DNA from: Perkinsus chesapeaki ATCC PRA-425
Lineage: Eukaryota; Protista; Perkinsozoa
Reading direction: 5' to 3'
Length of the DNA: 64,000 nt
Assembly: GCA_013115145.1 (NCBI GenBank)
Contig: JAAPAO010000001.1
Span: 268,529 to 332,528 of the forward strand
The notes beneath the pieces are model-generated. The model was not told where the DNA came from, did not search any database, and was given only the letters and a program-made list of their open reading frames with translations. The position numbers and the translations under genes are program-made. The stretch's first letter is position 1; each line of letters begins with the position of its first letter. This document shows positions 13,234 through 25,861 of the stretch, piece after piece.

Positions 13234-15668
13234 ATGTCGACCAGTTATTCAGCTCTGAGCGTCTTGGAGAAAGAGGACTCCAGAGTGTGCGCTAGACACC
13301 ACAGTGTAGAGCAAAGGCTTAGAGCGCTTGCTGTACTGGAGGATAAACATCGACGGTACTTGGAAAAGATCCACGAGTAAGTTGAAGCGCTGCTGGGTCT
13401 GGATTATTGGGAATGGTTTTAGGCTCCGAGAGAGTGCAAGGGAGGATGCGGCGAAGTTGAGAGATCGACTGAAGAGTATACGAAAGGAAGGCATGGAGAT
13501 TCGGGCGATGAACCGAAGTCATGGAAGTCGGGATCATCACATCAGTGTGCCCAATCTGCTGGAATTGGCACCACTTGACGGCAGATTAGCGTTAGAGAAT
13601 GTAAAGCCTAACGAGGAGGATGGAGGAGATGGCAGCTGCGATGTTGCCGGTACGATCTTGCATGACATGTATCGACGCATAAGCCCGCATATACGTGGGA
13701 AATCCCATACGCAACTGGCACGGCGAAGATCGGGGAAGTCGGAGGAATTTGCAAACTATCGTCGCCGCAGCGTTATTGGTGTGTCGCAGGCAGGAGTAGA
13801 TCTCCCTATGTTGGAAAGGTTGGCTCGGATAACTCGCTGGCTTAACAGTAATTCGGGCAAGTGGGGACCGTCGGCCCAGCCTGGAGCTCTGAATGTGAAG
13901 GCATTGATGACGATGACGCCTCGAGGGGCATTGAGGAAAGTGCTAGAAGTGCGGTGCGGAAGCCTTAAGAAAGCGTATCAAAGTCTCGATCTGAACGGCA
14001 ACGGGGAGGTCTCCCTGCATGAGTTTGAGGATGGGCTGAAATCGCTTGGAGTGCCATGGGCTGACATCACTGGCACGGGGAAGTTCAGGACTGTATTCAA
14101 ACTTTTCGATGAGAATGATACCGGCGAGGTTAACCTGGTGGAGTTTTTGGGGGTTCGCCCGCATCCGACGCGATGGGAGGATATGACAGACGAACAGAAA
14201 TGGTAAGTCTGGGGGTTAGCGGAGTTGTTAAGGGTGCAGGATAGGGGCTGTAATGCAACGGTAGAGGGGGTTGTTGTTAATTATAGAGGATATCGGGTAG
14301 GATATGAGTTGGTTAGGCACCATTATACAAGGGGAGTCTGCGATATGCTACCATCGGCCGCAGTTGCAACGACAATGATGGATGGATGTTACAGGAATAA
14401 GAGAAGGCTTTCGGGGGACAGGTAACACAAAGTAGACATGTATGCATGGCAAGATTAATCAAGATCGGCCTGGTAGACTATTAGTCCCAATATTCCTTGT
14501 TTCTGCCAAATTTGACCGGTCATGAAGTGCTTATCTTGGCTTAACGTTTTGGACAGCTGCGGCGGTGGCGTCGTGGTGATATTGGATACTGAAGAGACGA
14601 CTTCGCCTTCGCATTACCGTTGGCTTGAGCGGGAATTGCTATTAATAGACCACCTGCCCAAGAATTGTGATCACTGTCACTTATTGCAGGACTGCTGCTT
14701 GGAAAGCCAACGCCCCTTCGCCCTACGCCACTCTGGCGAGGATACGGGCAATGGAAGACTCGCGGCACTTCGTTAAGATGAGATTCAGAAGCGGCGACCA
14801 CACCGTTACGAAGAAGTAAGGAGAACCTTTCGAGCTTACATTTGCAGCATTGTTAGAAAGATACGTTAAAGTGGGCACAGATCTGAGGAGTCTGAGGAAC
14901 GAGCGACAGGCGGCAAAACAACGCATGGAGGACTCGCGGCGGAGGTGTGATGCGATGATACATGAGATGGGTCACTACAGGAAGGATATCGGAAAGGCTT
15001 CCAAGGAGCTATATGTGAGATACATCATCCTCGTTCGTGATTGTCGGTTTCAGACCTCCCTGGTGGCCTCAGCCGACCTGAATGCTGAGATGTTCAACGA
15101 GGCTGGTGATAAGAAATCAAAGAACAAGTGCGAGAAACTCCTGCATGAATGCTCGGAGGGTTGAGGTCAGATTCGTCGATCGGGCTGAGAAGAATCGACG
15201 AGCTTTAGAGAGGCGCAGAACTGAGGCCGCTGATCACCTAAATGCCCACAGTGGTGGTGGATCAGTATTTGAGGCCAATAGGCAGCGGTGCTTCGATGCC
15301 GAGGCAATCGATAAAGTCATCATCACCATCGCATGGTCGTTGGTCTGATGCAAAGCGTGCTGCTTGTTAGGTGCACATTTTCATGAACCTTGAGGCAGAA
15401 CTGTCGCCGCGGGAGAGAGAGGTTCGGAAGGTCGCCAAGGAATACGATATACCGCTTATCGATGCCGAGGATGTTTTCTGCCAGTTTAAAAAGGCAAGGC
15501 TTCGGCAACATTCGTGACTTAACTACTTCAAGTCAGGTCTGCCCAGGGGACTCCTCGCTCATGAACCGGGCGCAGTTCGAGACTTTAATTTTGCATCTCC
15601 TTAAGGTGAGTCTCTCCCTGCATGAATGCGTCACCACCGTGGCCTCAGCTGACAGCAGTGCGCCCTAA
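13234..15668 (+). CDS. EF-hand calcium-binding, coiled-coil protein (multi-exon)
   Basis: ATG at 13234 with a first GT-AG intron restoring the frame of ORF 13328-14206. Two EF-hand loops: DLNGNGEVSLHE and DENDTGEVNLVE. Downstream charged helical exons (14690-15310) end at a stop at 15668. Confidence 0.75.
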
Positions 15669-15863
15669 CAGACTTGAAGAGTGGTGGCGAAGTGCGGACA
15701 AACGGCAGAGGGGGCAGATTGGGTTTGTCGACTTCCTTCGCTTCTATTGGCTTCGCCTTCGTGATCGTTCTTCATGACCTTCATGCCACCTCATCATGCT
15801 CATATTGCTACTGTCACTGTCTCCTCTTTTGTGTTGCTTGCTCTATCCTGTCTTAGTTGAATG

Positions 15864-15895
15864 CTCCTCCTCTCCTCCTCCTCCTCCTCCTCCTC
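15864..15895 (+). repeat. (CCT)n microsatellite / pyrimidine tract just upstream of the PI4K start
   Basis: About ten CCT/CTC units directly visible. Confidence 0.85.
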
Positions 15896-15907
15896 TTCTT
15901 TGTCTTG

Positions 15908-18214
15908 ATGACTGCCTCTCCGACGACCCTATTCAAATGCTGTCTCGGCCGGAAGTCCTGCTATCAGGACGCCATCAGTATGTGGGCCAACCAGTCCTTC
16001 TCCTCTCTCCTTGGTAACACAGCAGCAGCAGCCGATCCCTCACGAGAGGCTACTCCCGAGGATCAAGATACTCCTCGGCACGAGGATGACATATCTATCA
16101 TGGAGGTAGGTTGGCGTCTCTAGCTCCTCTACTCCACCATCAGGCACTATGGACCCTTCATCGTTCCCCAGATGCGGCGTCGATAAATAACCTGCTCGAT
16201 GTTCTGCAGGATGCCCCATCTGCCGTCATCGATCGTTGGCTCTTGCAGATCTTCTGTGCTTTGGTCAACGCTGCAGGTGACTTTAAAGATGCCCTCCGCC
16301 GCCTGTGCGGTGTGTCGCCTTATATATCCCTCACTCTCTTGGGCCTCGCCCAGGTAGCCGCTCAAGATGGGCATGCCGCCGATCTCGCTGAGGTTTGGGT
16401 CAACGAAGACGACACTGAGGACCCATCTGTGACCTGCATGGACCTTGTGCGGCAGTTGGGCGACATTTCGACTCACGTGGCGACTCTGCCATTTGCCCAG
16501 CGGAAAGAGGTGCTTGAGTGGCGGTTGAGGAAGGTGAAGCTGTCGAAGGGCTTTTGGCTACTCTTCGATACCTGGCAGGACATATCCGAGCTCGACCTGC
16601 CACGTTCTTTTCTTCTGAGTGAGTGGAGCAGCTCCGCCCCTTTTCACGTCTGCGTTCGGCTTCAAGATGATGAGCAGTCTGTTCCAGAGGGCCAAGCCGA
16701 GATCAACGGTGTTCCTACGGTGGGCAGCCTCGCTGGACGTTCCGGTGGTGGCGTTCTATATCCGAGGTCAATCCTATGCCTTGCTCCAAAACGGTCTCGA
16801 AAGTCAGCTTCTACGGGAAGTCGAGGATCATCATCATCACCGAGCAAACAACCCCCACGGAGGAGCACTTCAGCAAGGCCTTCAGCTGCAGCCATCGTTT
16901 TGTCGGAGGCATCGTGTGCCCTCCCGAGTGGGCGTCGTCTGATCTCTGTCGTGGCTAAGGCTGGCTCGGCCCACATACTGCAAGAGCGGCTGGCACTGTC
17001 CATGATAGCGTGGGCGCGAGCAAGATGGATGGAGTGTCCTCGGGGCAGCCTTGAGCGATCCCTTGGTGAAGCCGTCAAGCTTTATCGGGTGTTTAGCACG
17101 ACTAGTGGGGGCGTTGTCGAAGCGATACCTAATGCGGTTAGTCTAGATGCCCTTAAGAAGGCCTATGACGGTGAACAATGGGGATCCCTGCGAGCCCACT
17201 TTGAAGATAGATGGCCCGGCGGCGGCAGCAAGAAGGGTGGTGCCGATACTGCCTTGGACATGTTTTGTCGGTCTATGGCAGCATACTCTGCCATATGCTA
17301 TGTACTGGGGGTTAGGGATCGCCACAATGCCAATATATTGCTGTGTGATAATGGTAAGTTCATGGTCGACTAGAATTAAGAGTGTTGCAGTTGGATCGAT
17401 TCGTACCGCTGGAGTATAATAGTATCTCAGTCAGCTTCCCAATCGTACTTGGCTCGCCATGGCATCCTTTTGATGACTGTGTTGTTCATCTAACGGCGTC
17501 CCATTTACCTATCAATGATGCTCGACACTCGTCTAAGTACATTGAATCCTCATAAACAGATCACGACCTTATACGTTCATCATCATGAAGTATATCATAA
17601 CACTAGCCACCATTCAGCCTTCTTTCGTATATCTCTTAAGTAGCTCGAGCGTGGTGTCCTGACTCCACTCATCTTCAGGTAGCATCTGCCATGTCGACTT
17701 TGGTTTTTTCCTCACCAACAGTCCCGGTAACGTGGCCTTCGAGCCATCTTTCAAACTTACAGAGGAGCTAGTCGAAGCGTTGGGAGGCGAGAGTAGTCGA
17801 CGCTTTGGTGTGTTCCGGGAAATGGTCGTCCGTGGCTGCATTGTACTTCGACGAGAGATCGACACACTGAAGAGCATGATCGAGGTAAGGGCCACCACGT
17901 TACCCTATGCGCCGCATTACCCCTCTTAGCTACTTTTCCCCGCATCCGCGGATGGTTGGTGGCTGGGCCCGAAGCTGCCGTGCTTCGCGCAAGGCAAAGA
18001 GCAAACGCTCGTTCAGATGGACCAGCGGTTGAGGATAGAGTTGACCGAGAAGGCCTTCAGAGAGTACTTGCTAGAACTTATAGATCAGTCCGTTGCCAAC
18101 TGGCGCTCGAGGTAAGCCATCTGATCATCGTCCTTCTCCTTCGCGACCTAATGTTGATGTTGTTGTTCTAGATGGTACGATAAATACCAACGCTACTTCA
18201 GCGGTATACTGTAA
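15908..18214 (+). CDS. Phosphatidylinositol 4-kinase, type III beta-like (multi-exon)
   Basis: VVEAIPNAVSLDALKK, FCRSMAAYSAICYVLGVRDRHNANILL and, after an intron (~17351-17677), GSICHVDFGFFLTNSPGNVAFE. C-terminus DQSVANWRSRWYDKYQRYFSGIL*. Start codon is approximate. Confidence 0.9.
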
Positions 18215-18528
18215 TATAACAGTGCAACCATGTTAATGATACTGCTGCTGAAGAATTGATGTTATCCTATTTGTTGTTGTCGTGTTGAAGTTCCACAACA
18301 GCAGTCAGGCAGTTTACTTATTGGCCTACCAAAAGGCCGCTGCTCGCCTGCTTACTAATGCTGCTGTACTCGGGATTCTCTCACGCCTTCGCTTACTGCG
18401 CCGCTGCGAGTTACATATAGTCAGCAGTATGCCCACAGCCCGCGATAATATGTCCTTAGAATGCCGGTCAATGACATTGTCTTACTCGACCAGTCGGCTC
18501 ATCAGGCTATCCCTTATTACTCCACAGT

Positions 18529-19123
18529 ATGTCTAGCCCTCCCCAGCGACCCTCCTCGGCAGAGCCCATCTTCCCACCAGAGCCGCTAGTACCACGGCAC
18601 GTCCTCGAATCCTTGCTGTGTGATAGGAGCAGTGCCCTGGTCAGCCGAGGTGAGACAGCAGTCCTACGTGTGCAGACTTGCGAGGCGTCCTCCATGTCAG
18701 TGCCATTGTCTGACGAGGCCCTTCGAAGGCTGTCCTTCGAGCTGGAAGCCCTCTCCACTAAGCTGGCCAGCGAGGCTTTATCGTGCTGTAAGGAGCGAGT
18801 CAGAGGGATGTGTCAGGAAGGAGAAGGAAGCAACAGTGATGTAAAACCTCTACATCAAGTACACGTACTGAAGCACGGTAGAGTATTCAGGCGATGATAG
18901 ATGGGGGAGCTGCGGAGGAAGATGACCTCATGCGTGAGCTGGAGAAGGGGGATGATTCTTCACCGAATCAAATGGTAGGCTGCGGCCTTCCCGAGTTGGC
19001 AGTGGTGTTACTCTTTAGCCAAAAAACGAGCATCGGTTAACTCTCGAAGACGTCGTGATGGCGGCCAAGTCTCTGAGCATGGTGTTGCCCAGCAGCGTAC
19101 AAGAGCAATTGGCCCATGGATGA
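18529..19123 (+). CDS. TAF10-like histone-fold protein (3 exons)
   Basis: Three exons splice in phase 0. PLVPRHVLESLL, RRLSFELEALSTKLASEALSCCK and RLTLEDVVMAA align by eye with TAF10 PTIPDAVTGYYL, RLISLAAQKFISDIANDALQHCK and TLTMEDLTPAL. Confidence 0.55.
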
Positions 19124-19375
19124 GGATATGATATCTGTATGGTGTCTCTACATGTGCTCAAGGGGATGGAACGAGCGACTGAATGAGCAAACGGCGATCC
19201 TGTTACCATTTCAAGCGACGTACAATTTCTTTCTGCGGATTTTAGTTGCATTTGGTATCTTAGCCACCATATCGATGCTTCTATCAAAATGATCGTTGGG
19301 ACAGTACCAAGTTTCATGCTTTTTCCTTTTCCTTCGACTGTTTTTTATTCGACCACATTGCAGTAGTCGACCACG

Positions 19376-21446
19376 ATGCCCGTTCCTGTTTCACAACGTA
19401 AAGTTAACTCCATACGAGAAGACCTCCTATGCAAGGTGACTTGAGTGCCACTACGTCGGATAAGGCTACTGTGATGACAGGATCGGGACCGAGAGGCCGA
19501 GGCCATGGCCCAGCTCTACGACATACCACCCACCACAGGATACGACAACGTATGGGACTTGATCGATGAGGTTTACTCCGACCATCTGGTGAAGGTGCGC
19601 TGGTGCCGGCAACTGAGAGTGCGATGCCTACCTGCCTACCCGTTAGGGTCCCCTACGGAGCGGCATAAAGGAGATTAGAAACACATGGCGGAAGGTCGGT
19701 TTTAAAAGTAACAGGCAGCGGAAACCTTCAAGGCGGCGAGGGCAGGGATCAAAGGAGGACAGCAACAGCACCACTACCAGTGGCAGCGCACTCGGCCATG
19801 GAAGCTCCAAACCCTCCACGACGAGCACCAAGCGGAAGCGAGAATCTAAAGTGAAGGACCCTCAGGTGACCGTTCTTCCTTGCCATTCCGGGCTCGAAGT
19901 CCTCTCCCAGGAATTGCCTCTTGATGCCGCGGAATCACAGTCTGGTCTACATGCGAAGAACGTTGCCCTGTGGTGGTGCGATGGTTGCGGTTGGAACTCT
20001 GAGAAATCCTCTGATTCTCTAGAATGTGGATCATGCAAGGTGCAGGTACATAAACAATGTGCCGGTATCAACTGGGGTGAGCTCGTTAGTCCACCACGGT
20101 TTGATGCTTTATTTCCCTTTAGGTACGGAAGGCCTCTGTCAACTGTGTGCGTCCGTGGCCAAGACGGAAGGGGCATCTCTGGACGATATGAAAAACTTCG
20201 GATTGGAGCTCGTCTCGGAGCGCAGCCCTTGCAAGATATGCAATCAGAAGTAGGCGAACTCCGAGTGGGCTGATGAAGATGATGACGACTTTGTTTCAGT
20301 TTCCTCGATTGCGCAAGCGACTCTGGTGATGTTGTTCGAATCGGCCTGTATATGGTGGCTGCAGGTTGCCATTGGGCGCATGCTTTATGCATTAAATACT
20401 CCTCTCAAGAGCCCTCCTCGACATGCCAATTTAAAGACCTTTGTGGCGGCTTAGCCGGAGCATCAGTATGCTGTAAAGCTCCTCACTGCCAGATTGCTGC
20501 TCACGCCCTCTGCGCTGCCTTTCGGTTTCGGGTAACTCCCAGCGAGCCGAAGTTCACTTGTGACTCCCACCTTGCCGTTGGATCACCAAAGGCATCGTCG
20601 CTCGAGGAGAGTGAAGCCTCTCCTGATTCGAGCAACTCACGGTACCACCGCAACAAGATCCAATTGATGGAGTCGCCGATCGCCAGTAGAAGGCGCCGAC
20701 GGCGGCCCGACTATGAGATCCCCAAACCTGCGGAGCCACCGAGGGTGCCGCTGTTCGAACCGGAAACCCGCCGAGAGGCAAGCTCGCCGTCACCGCCGCC
20801 CGGAGGGACGGCTGCTGCTGGCAACGAGCCAACACGAAAGAGTTTTCGAGGAAACAACATTGCGGATAAGATCGCCGCAGCCCTTCAGGATCCCGAAGAC
20901 GCGCCGGAGGAGCAAACTCGATTGATGCAGGAAGCACGAGTTATAGAACAGAAGCTTCACGAGAGGGAACGGAAAGGAGGATACCTCAGCCTGGCCCGCC
21001 AGTTCATGAAGTTCCTGGCAAAACGTGATTCAGTGCCACGGATACAACTGAGAAGGTATGAAGTGGATGGCGCGTATGTCGGGATGTTGGAGCCTTGGCA
21101 ATTGCAGAATGAAGAATCTTTGAAGGAGCGTGAACGGTTGGATGCCAAAAACAGAAGGATGGTTACTCTCGGGGATATCAACCGAGATGTGGATGACGAC
21201 ATCCCTTCACATGACGTGGAGGCCACTACCGCCCCAACGGAAGGCCTTGCGATCGGACTCAACGGTTTGCCGGTAATGCCAGATCCAACGCCCTCTGAGC
21301 GAGTGCCGCCCGGAGAAGGTGCAATGAAGAACGACATACCGTCGCCTGACTATGTTGATCTGATGGAATCAGAATCGGAATATGATGGTGAAAGCTCCGA
21401 TTCTGAAGCGACCAAGAATCGTCGACGTGCATGGTGGGAGACTTGA
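19376..21446 (+). CDS. PHD finger + extended PHD (PZP-type) chromatin reader, copy 1 (multi-exon)
   Basis: CDGC..ECGSCKVQVHKQC..CQLC (PHD), then CKIC..HWAHALC..CCKAPHCQIAAHALC..CDSH (Zn knuckle + ePHD, as in BRPF/JADE/AF10). Spliced model from ATG 19376. Confidence 0.75.
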
Positions 21447-21786
21447 TTGTTCCGATTTACCTCCGTGCACTCCAGCGACTGTTACCATTACTTTACGTTG
21501 TTGACTTGACTTAGTAAGATCTACATAGCATTAGTTATCATCCCAATACGATTGACTTCACTATTATCTAAATAGATAATTTGTTTCGTTGTGATTAACA
21601 ATTAAAAGCGAATCAGAACTCATCCAATACAGTCATACTAACAACTCAAAACCGGTTAAAGTAAAGATCTCAAAAAACGACACGTCCTTACGGCTATTTC
21701 ATGAGTTATATGAAAACACTCACAAGAATTTAGTTCATTGGTATGTTAGAAGAACATTCATTTAATCCATTACAGTGGTGGAGTTA

Positions 21787-23294
21787 CTAGAGTTGATCGT
21801 CAATCTTCTCACCGTTCTCAAGAGCTTGCTCCAACTTCACCAATTTGGCGCATCCCTCAACCATAATATTGACCAACTGAACTTCGCTCTTACCAATCCT
21901 ATCCTCGTTGGAGATATCGTAGATACCACCAACAGAGGCAGAGTCGACACCAGAACCACCACGAGCTTGAAGACCAAGCTTCTTGCAAATAGCCTTGAAG
22001 TCTGGTCTAGCAGAGAGTAGTGGAACCTTCATCATAGCTGAAGCACGGAGGCCAGTTCCCAAGTTACTCGGGCATGTGAGGATGAACCCGAGGTGGTCGT
22101 TGTGCATGAAGTCGTAGCCCTCGCTCTTCAAAACATCTTGTACACCATTGACGGCGATGCAGAATCGCTTGAAAATTCTCTTAATATCAGCACCCTTCTC
22201 CATGGAGATAATTCTCATGTGATCTTCCTCATTGACCCAGACGAGGAAATTCTTTTCGTCATTGTGGAAGATGCCGCGAGCATCAGGCCAGTGGCGACCC
22301 ATTCCGCTGGATAAAAGTAGAGTGGAATCAGGTTCTTGGAAAAGGAAGTGATTCTCTCTCATGTCTTCTTCCTGATCTTTCGACATTCCACCGGGCTTCG
22401 GCTCGTAACTCTGCGATCCATGAAGAGGGTAGTAGTCACCCTTGAGCTCCTCCTTAAGATTGAGGAGACCCTTTACAATAATGCGCTCGAGCTCACGCCT
22501 CTCGTCGAAGGTAACACTCGGGGGCAAACGAATGCCACGAACCGAGCGACCAGTGCGGACACGAGTGGAGATGACGTACCTGGAGATAGGTCAGATCCGA
22601 CGAACTGCAGAGATCATCCAAAGCCAGACGGTCGCCTTACTTTCCGGTGGGATCGATGGGGGTGTCGGAGACCTTGGAGAAGTCAAGGTCGGTGGTATGC
22701 TTCGCGTCAGCAGGAAAACCGCCATGGCGACTATCAATTACAGGATCGAAACTGAAAAGGGAAGACATGCAACCTCAAACGTCATATGAAACCTACAGAT
22801 CCTTGAAAACTTCGTAGCTCTCTTCATCTCCAGCAACAAGGCCAACGGTCTTGATGGAAGGGTGCCCGGGGTTGTCAACGCCGGTCTTGAGGCATTTTCC
22901 AAGGTTAACACCTGAGAAGAGCGTTCATCTGGCACAGAGACACGACTGGTTACCATTCTTTGTAGTCTTCCCCTTCAGCTTCTCGTAGATTTCTGGTTTT
23001 TCGCACATCAGTTCTGCCATATAGCTGCTGTGTTTGGACAAATCAGGCAACTTCTCCGGGAGCTGAAGGGACAGAATGGAACGTGATAATAATTCTCCAA
23101 GCACAGTGGAGCTATGGAACGTTAAAGGCGCAGTGGTGAGTCAATCAGTGATTGGTGAGAAGTCTTACGTTGTCGGGGTCGAAAGTTGCCTTCTTCTCCT
23201 CGCACATATACTCCTTGTCACCGAGGCCCAACTTGATCCACTCGGGGAGATGTTCAACGGTGGGGGCCAGTCCAGTAGGAGGGTAAGAAGCCAT
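21787..23294 (-). CDS. ATP:guanido phosphotransferase, creatine-kinase type, copy 1 (5 exons)
   Basis: [66 protein letters not shown] and GVDSA motifs. GT-AG introns keep the frame. Confidence 0.93.
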
Positions 23295-25039
23295 TGTCTG
23301 TAAGGGGAGAGAGGGTGCGAATAAAAACGCTGAGAAAGATAGTCGAGCACCCGGAATGACATGCCTAATCATGAAACATACCATATGAAACGAATTCACC
23401 AAGAGCTGGCCGCCCTAAGAGCAACTAAGAAGTGTAGGAGAGATCGGATAAGAAAGAGACGATAAGTAGGGGCAATCTCGGTTGAGACGAGACTGCTACT
23501 TCGATTCTAATCGATTTGGGACGCGCTTGAATCACCATTGAATCGATCGTCTCCAGCGGGAAGCCTTATGCTACCCGCTACAGTGTCTTTGCCCTCGCGA
23601 ACCGATCCTCAATAAACACAACAGCAAGACGAGTGCACGGGTAATCATCTGGTCCCAGCGGATCAAGCCGTGATGGACAGATGCCGCTAAACATTTCAAT
23701 GTTTCAGCGGCACAAGATAGACATCGATATATATAGGCATACATTAGACCAGCAAACCGAGTACCGAGTCGGTACTGGCATAGGCCATGAAATGTGCAAC
23801 TCCTGAGGAGTGGTATCTCTCAGACAAGTGCAACGCTTGGAAGGTTCGACTTTTTTAACACATCATCCGAGCTCTCTCAATCCTGGCTTCACCGACCATA
23901 TTGCCGCCTCTGCCTCGAGTATTAGTACTGGCGCAGCCGAGGATATTGACGGAAGACCGGTAGCCAGTGCTACGCAGCGTCGAGCAAGAAATTTCAACGG
24001 AAACTTTCTGTTGAAAGGCTTTCTGTCAGAAAGCCTGGCCAAAGGCGCATAGATACGAAGTAGTGAGGTCTGTAGCCGGTCACGTGCCCTTCACCGAAAG
24101 CACCGATGGAATGTTGAGTCCTGTAAGATACACGAACAGACATTAAAGACCGGTATTCGGACTTGTCAACCAACCGCAGGTCTGAAACAACCCCAAGCAA
24201 GGCGACAGCAAACGCCGAGTTCCAGATCAGCGACAAGAATACCGGCATCCAATAGCGTCTCATGGGGTAAACCAACCAGGCCATAAATACGACCACACAC
24301 TGATCACCGAAACCCTAGGCGGCATACATGGATCAGTAGACGAGTCGAGAGACCACAGCAAGTTTCAAAAGCCCTCAACAAGCACGAAGCTAATATCAAA
24401 CACCGTAGCATCAACCCTTCTCGACCCAGCACAGCTCCTGGCAGAAAAAAGACCCCAACACCTCCTACACCTTAGTCTTTGTACTAAGATATGTCCACTT
24501 GTAGAGCAACTAGCTGCAGGAAAATGGATGAAGACATGGAAAGAATAAATGGTGTAAAAAAGAAAGGGAGGAAAAAATCGTGTGTTTTTACCACAAACTT
24601 GAGCCAGCATGGCAACAATCTACGCTCCGACAACAATCATCTTGCCGTCACTACTACAAATGCACAATCTACCCGACTTCTGCTCGAACTGTACCTCCAA
24701 GCACTTCGTGCTTTCCGAAACGTGTCTAACGAAGACGACAAGTTTGCCAGAATGAACGGGCGCGTGATAGGCTTTGTTGCAAGGCTCGGCACGGTACTCT
24801 GAACAAGTAGTAGATCAGTCCGGAATGCTTGTGGCCGAGATGATGGATATTCCATTGTCTTGCTTCGCTACTTTGACATTACACAAGCAAAAATGATGAT
24901 GATGATGAGAGCCTCATAATGGGACTGTAATGTGAATGTTCAGAGTGTTAGCAGCTGGCTCTTTTTCGGTTGTGGGCTCCTGTAGTATTTAGCGATTGAG
25001 CGATATTTAGCGAACCCTCGGGGATGTCAACCAAGATGT

Positions 25040-25175
25040 CCTCTGAGCGAGTGCCACCCGGAGAAGGCGCAATGAAGAAACTGCGTCCGTCGCCTGACTG
25101 TATTGATCTGATGGAATCAGAATCGGACTATGATGGTGAAAGCTCCGATTCTGAAGCGACCAAGAATCGTCGACG
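25040..25175 (+). repeat. Third, partial copy of the 3' end of the PZP gene
   Basis: About 136 bp closely similar to 21292-21427 and the corresponding segment of copy 2 (encodes SERVPPGEGAMK..DLMESES.YDGESSDSEATKNRR). Confidence 0.85.
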
Positions 25176-25861
25176 ACGTCGCCGACTGCGTCGCAGAACA
25201 CAAAATTCAGCGGCAGAGCAATGGCGCAGTAACTTACTCGGGCTAAGGCTACGGCGCTCACAATCATAGCAACGCTACTGTGGCGTCACGGAGCTCCATA
25301 ATGCACTATTTGTTGATTCACTCCTACGAAAATTAGGAGCGCGGGAGCGCGGCGCAATAATCGATAAAAATTCAGGATGTCAAAGACGCTAATCGCAAAT
25401 CGTGGCTCTGTGAGAATATAAACAGTGATCGTACACGCCAGGTACACGCCTGCGAGTGCCATAAATGTGATTGTATCTTCGATTATGAGGGATTCTGAAT
25501 GCCGCATTCATCTGCACGCAAGAGCGACTCCGAGCCGGGTTCAGCCGCTTGTGGGTCAAATTTTCACTTTCGGAAGAGAAAGTCTCGGCTAGCCACCGAC
25601 TCTGTTTAACAGATGGAGAGACGCGAGGTCATTGGCGGTCCTCGCAAGCGTCGAAGACTGGATACATCGGCCCCGCGATCTAGAGATGTTCAACAAACTG
25701 GAGGAAAGTTGTAGACAGAACCGGTTCCATGTTCACGGCCCTATCGCGGTTCAACTGTGTTCTGCGCGGACGTGCGGGTTGTGTTGCCTTGCCTATATAA
25801 TTCGTCCTTGCCACCTTGCGGCAAGGTCCTTGCCAGACATTTACCGCTTCCTACTCGGAGC

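Noticed and set aside
15796-16017. Signal-peptide-like ORF MLILLLSLSPLLCC.. upstream of PI4K
   Set aside because: Its hydrophobic and poly-Pro character derives from the pyrimidine/CCT tract, and it does not splice in frame to the kinase.
21775-22789. Plus-strand ORFs overlapping the kinase (and their duplicates at 32264-33238)
   Set aside because: Antisense shadows of a conserved, codon-biased gene; no independent features.
23994-24296. Minus-strand ORF with a hydrophobic N-terminus as a fourth member of the NPYPRFSPAWW family
   Set aside because: Lacks the motif, the Cys pair and the hydrophobic tail; coding status is unsupported.
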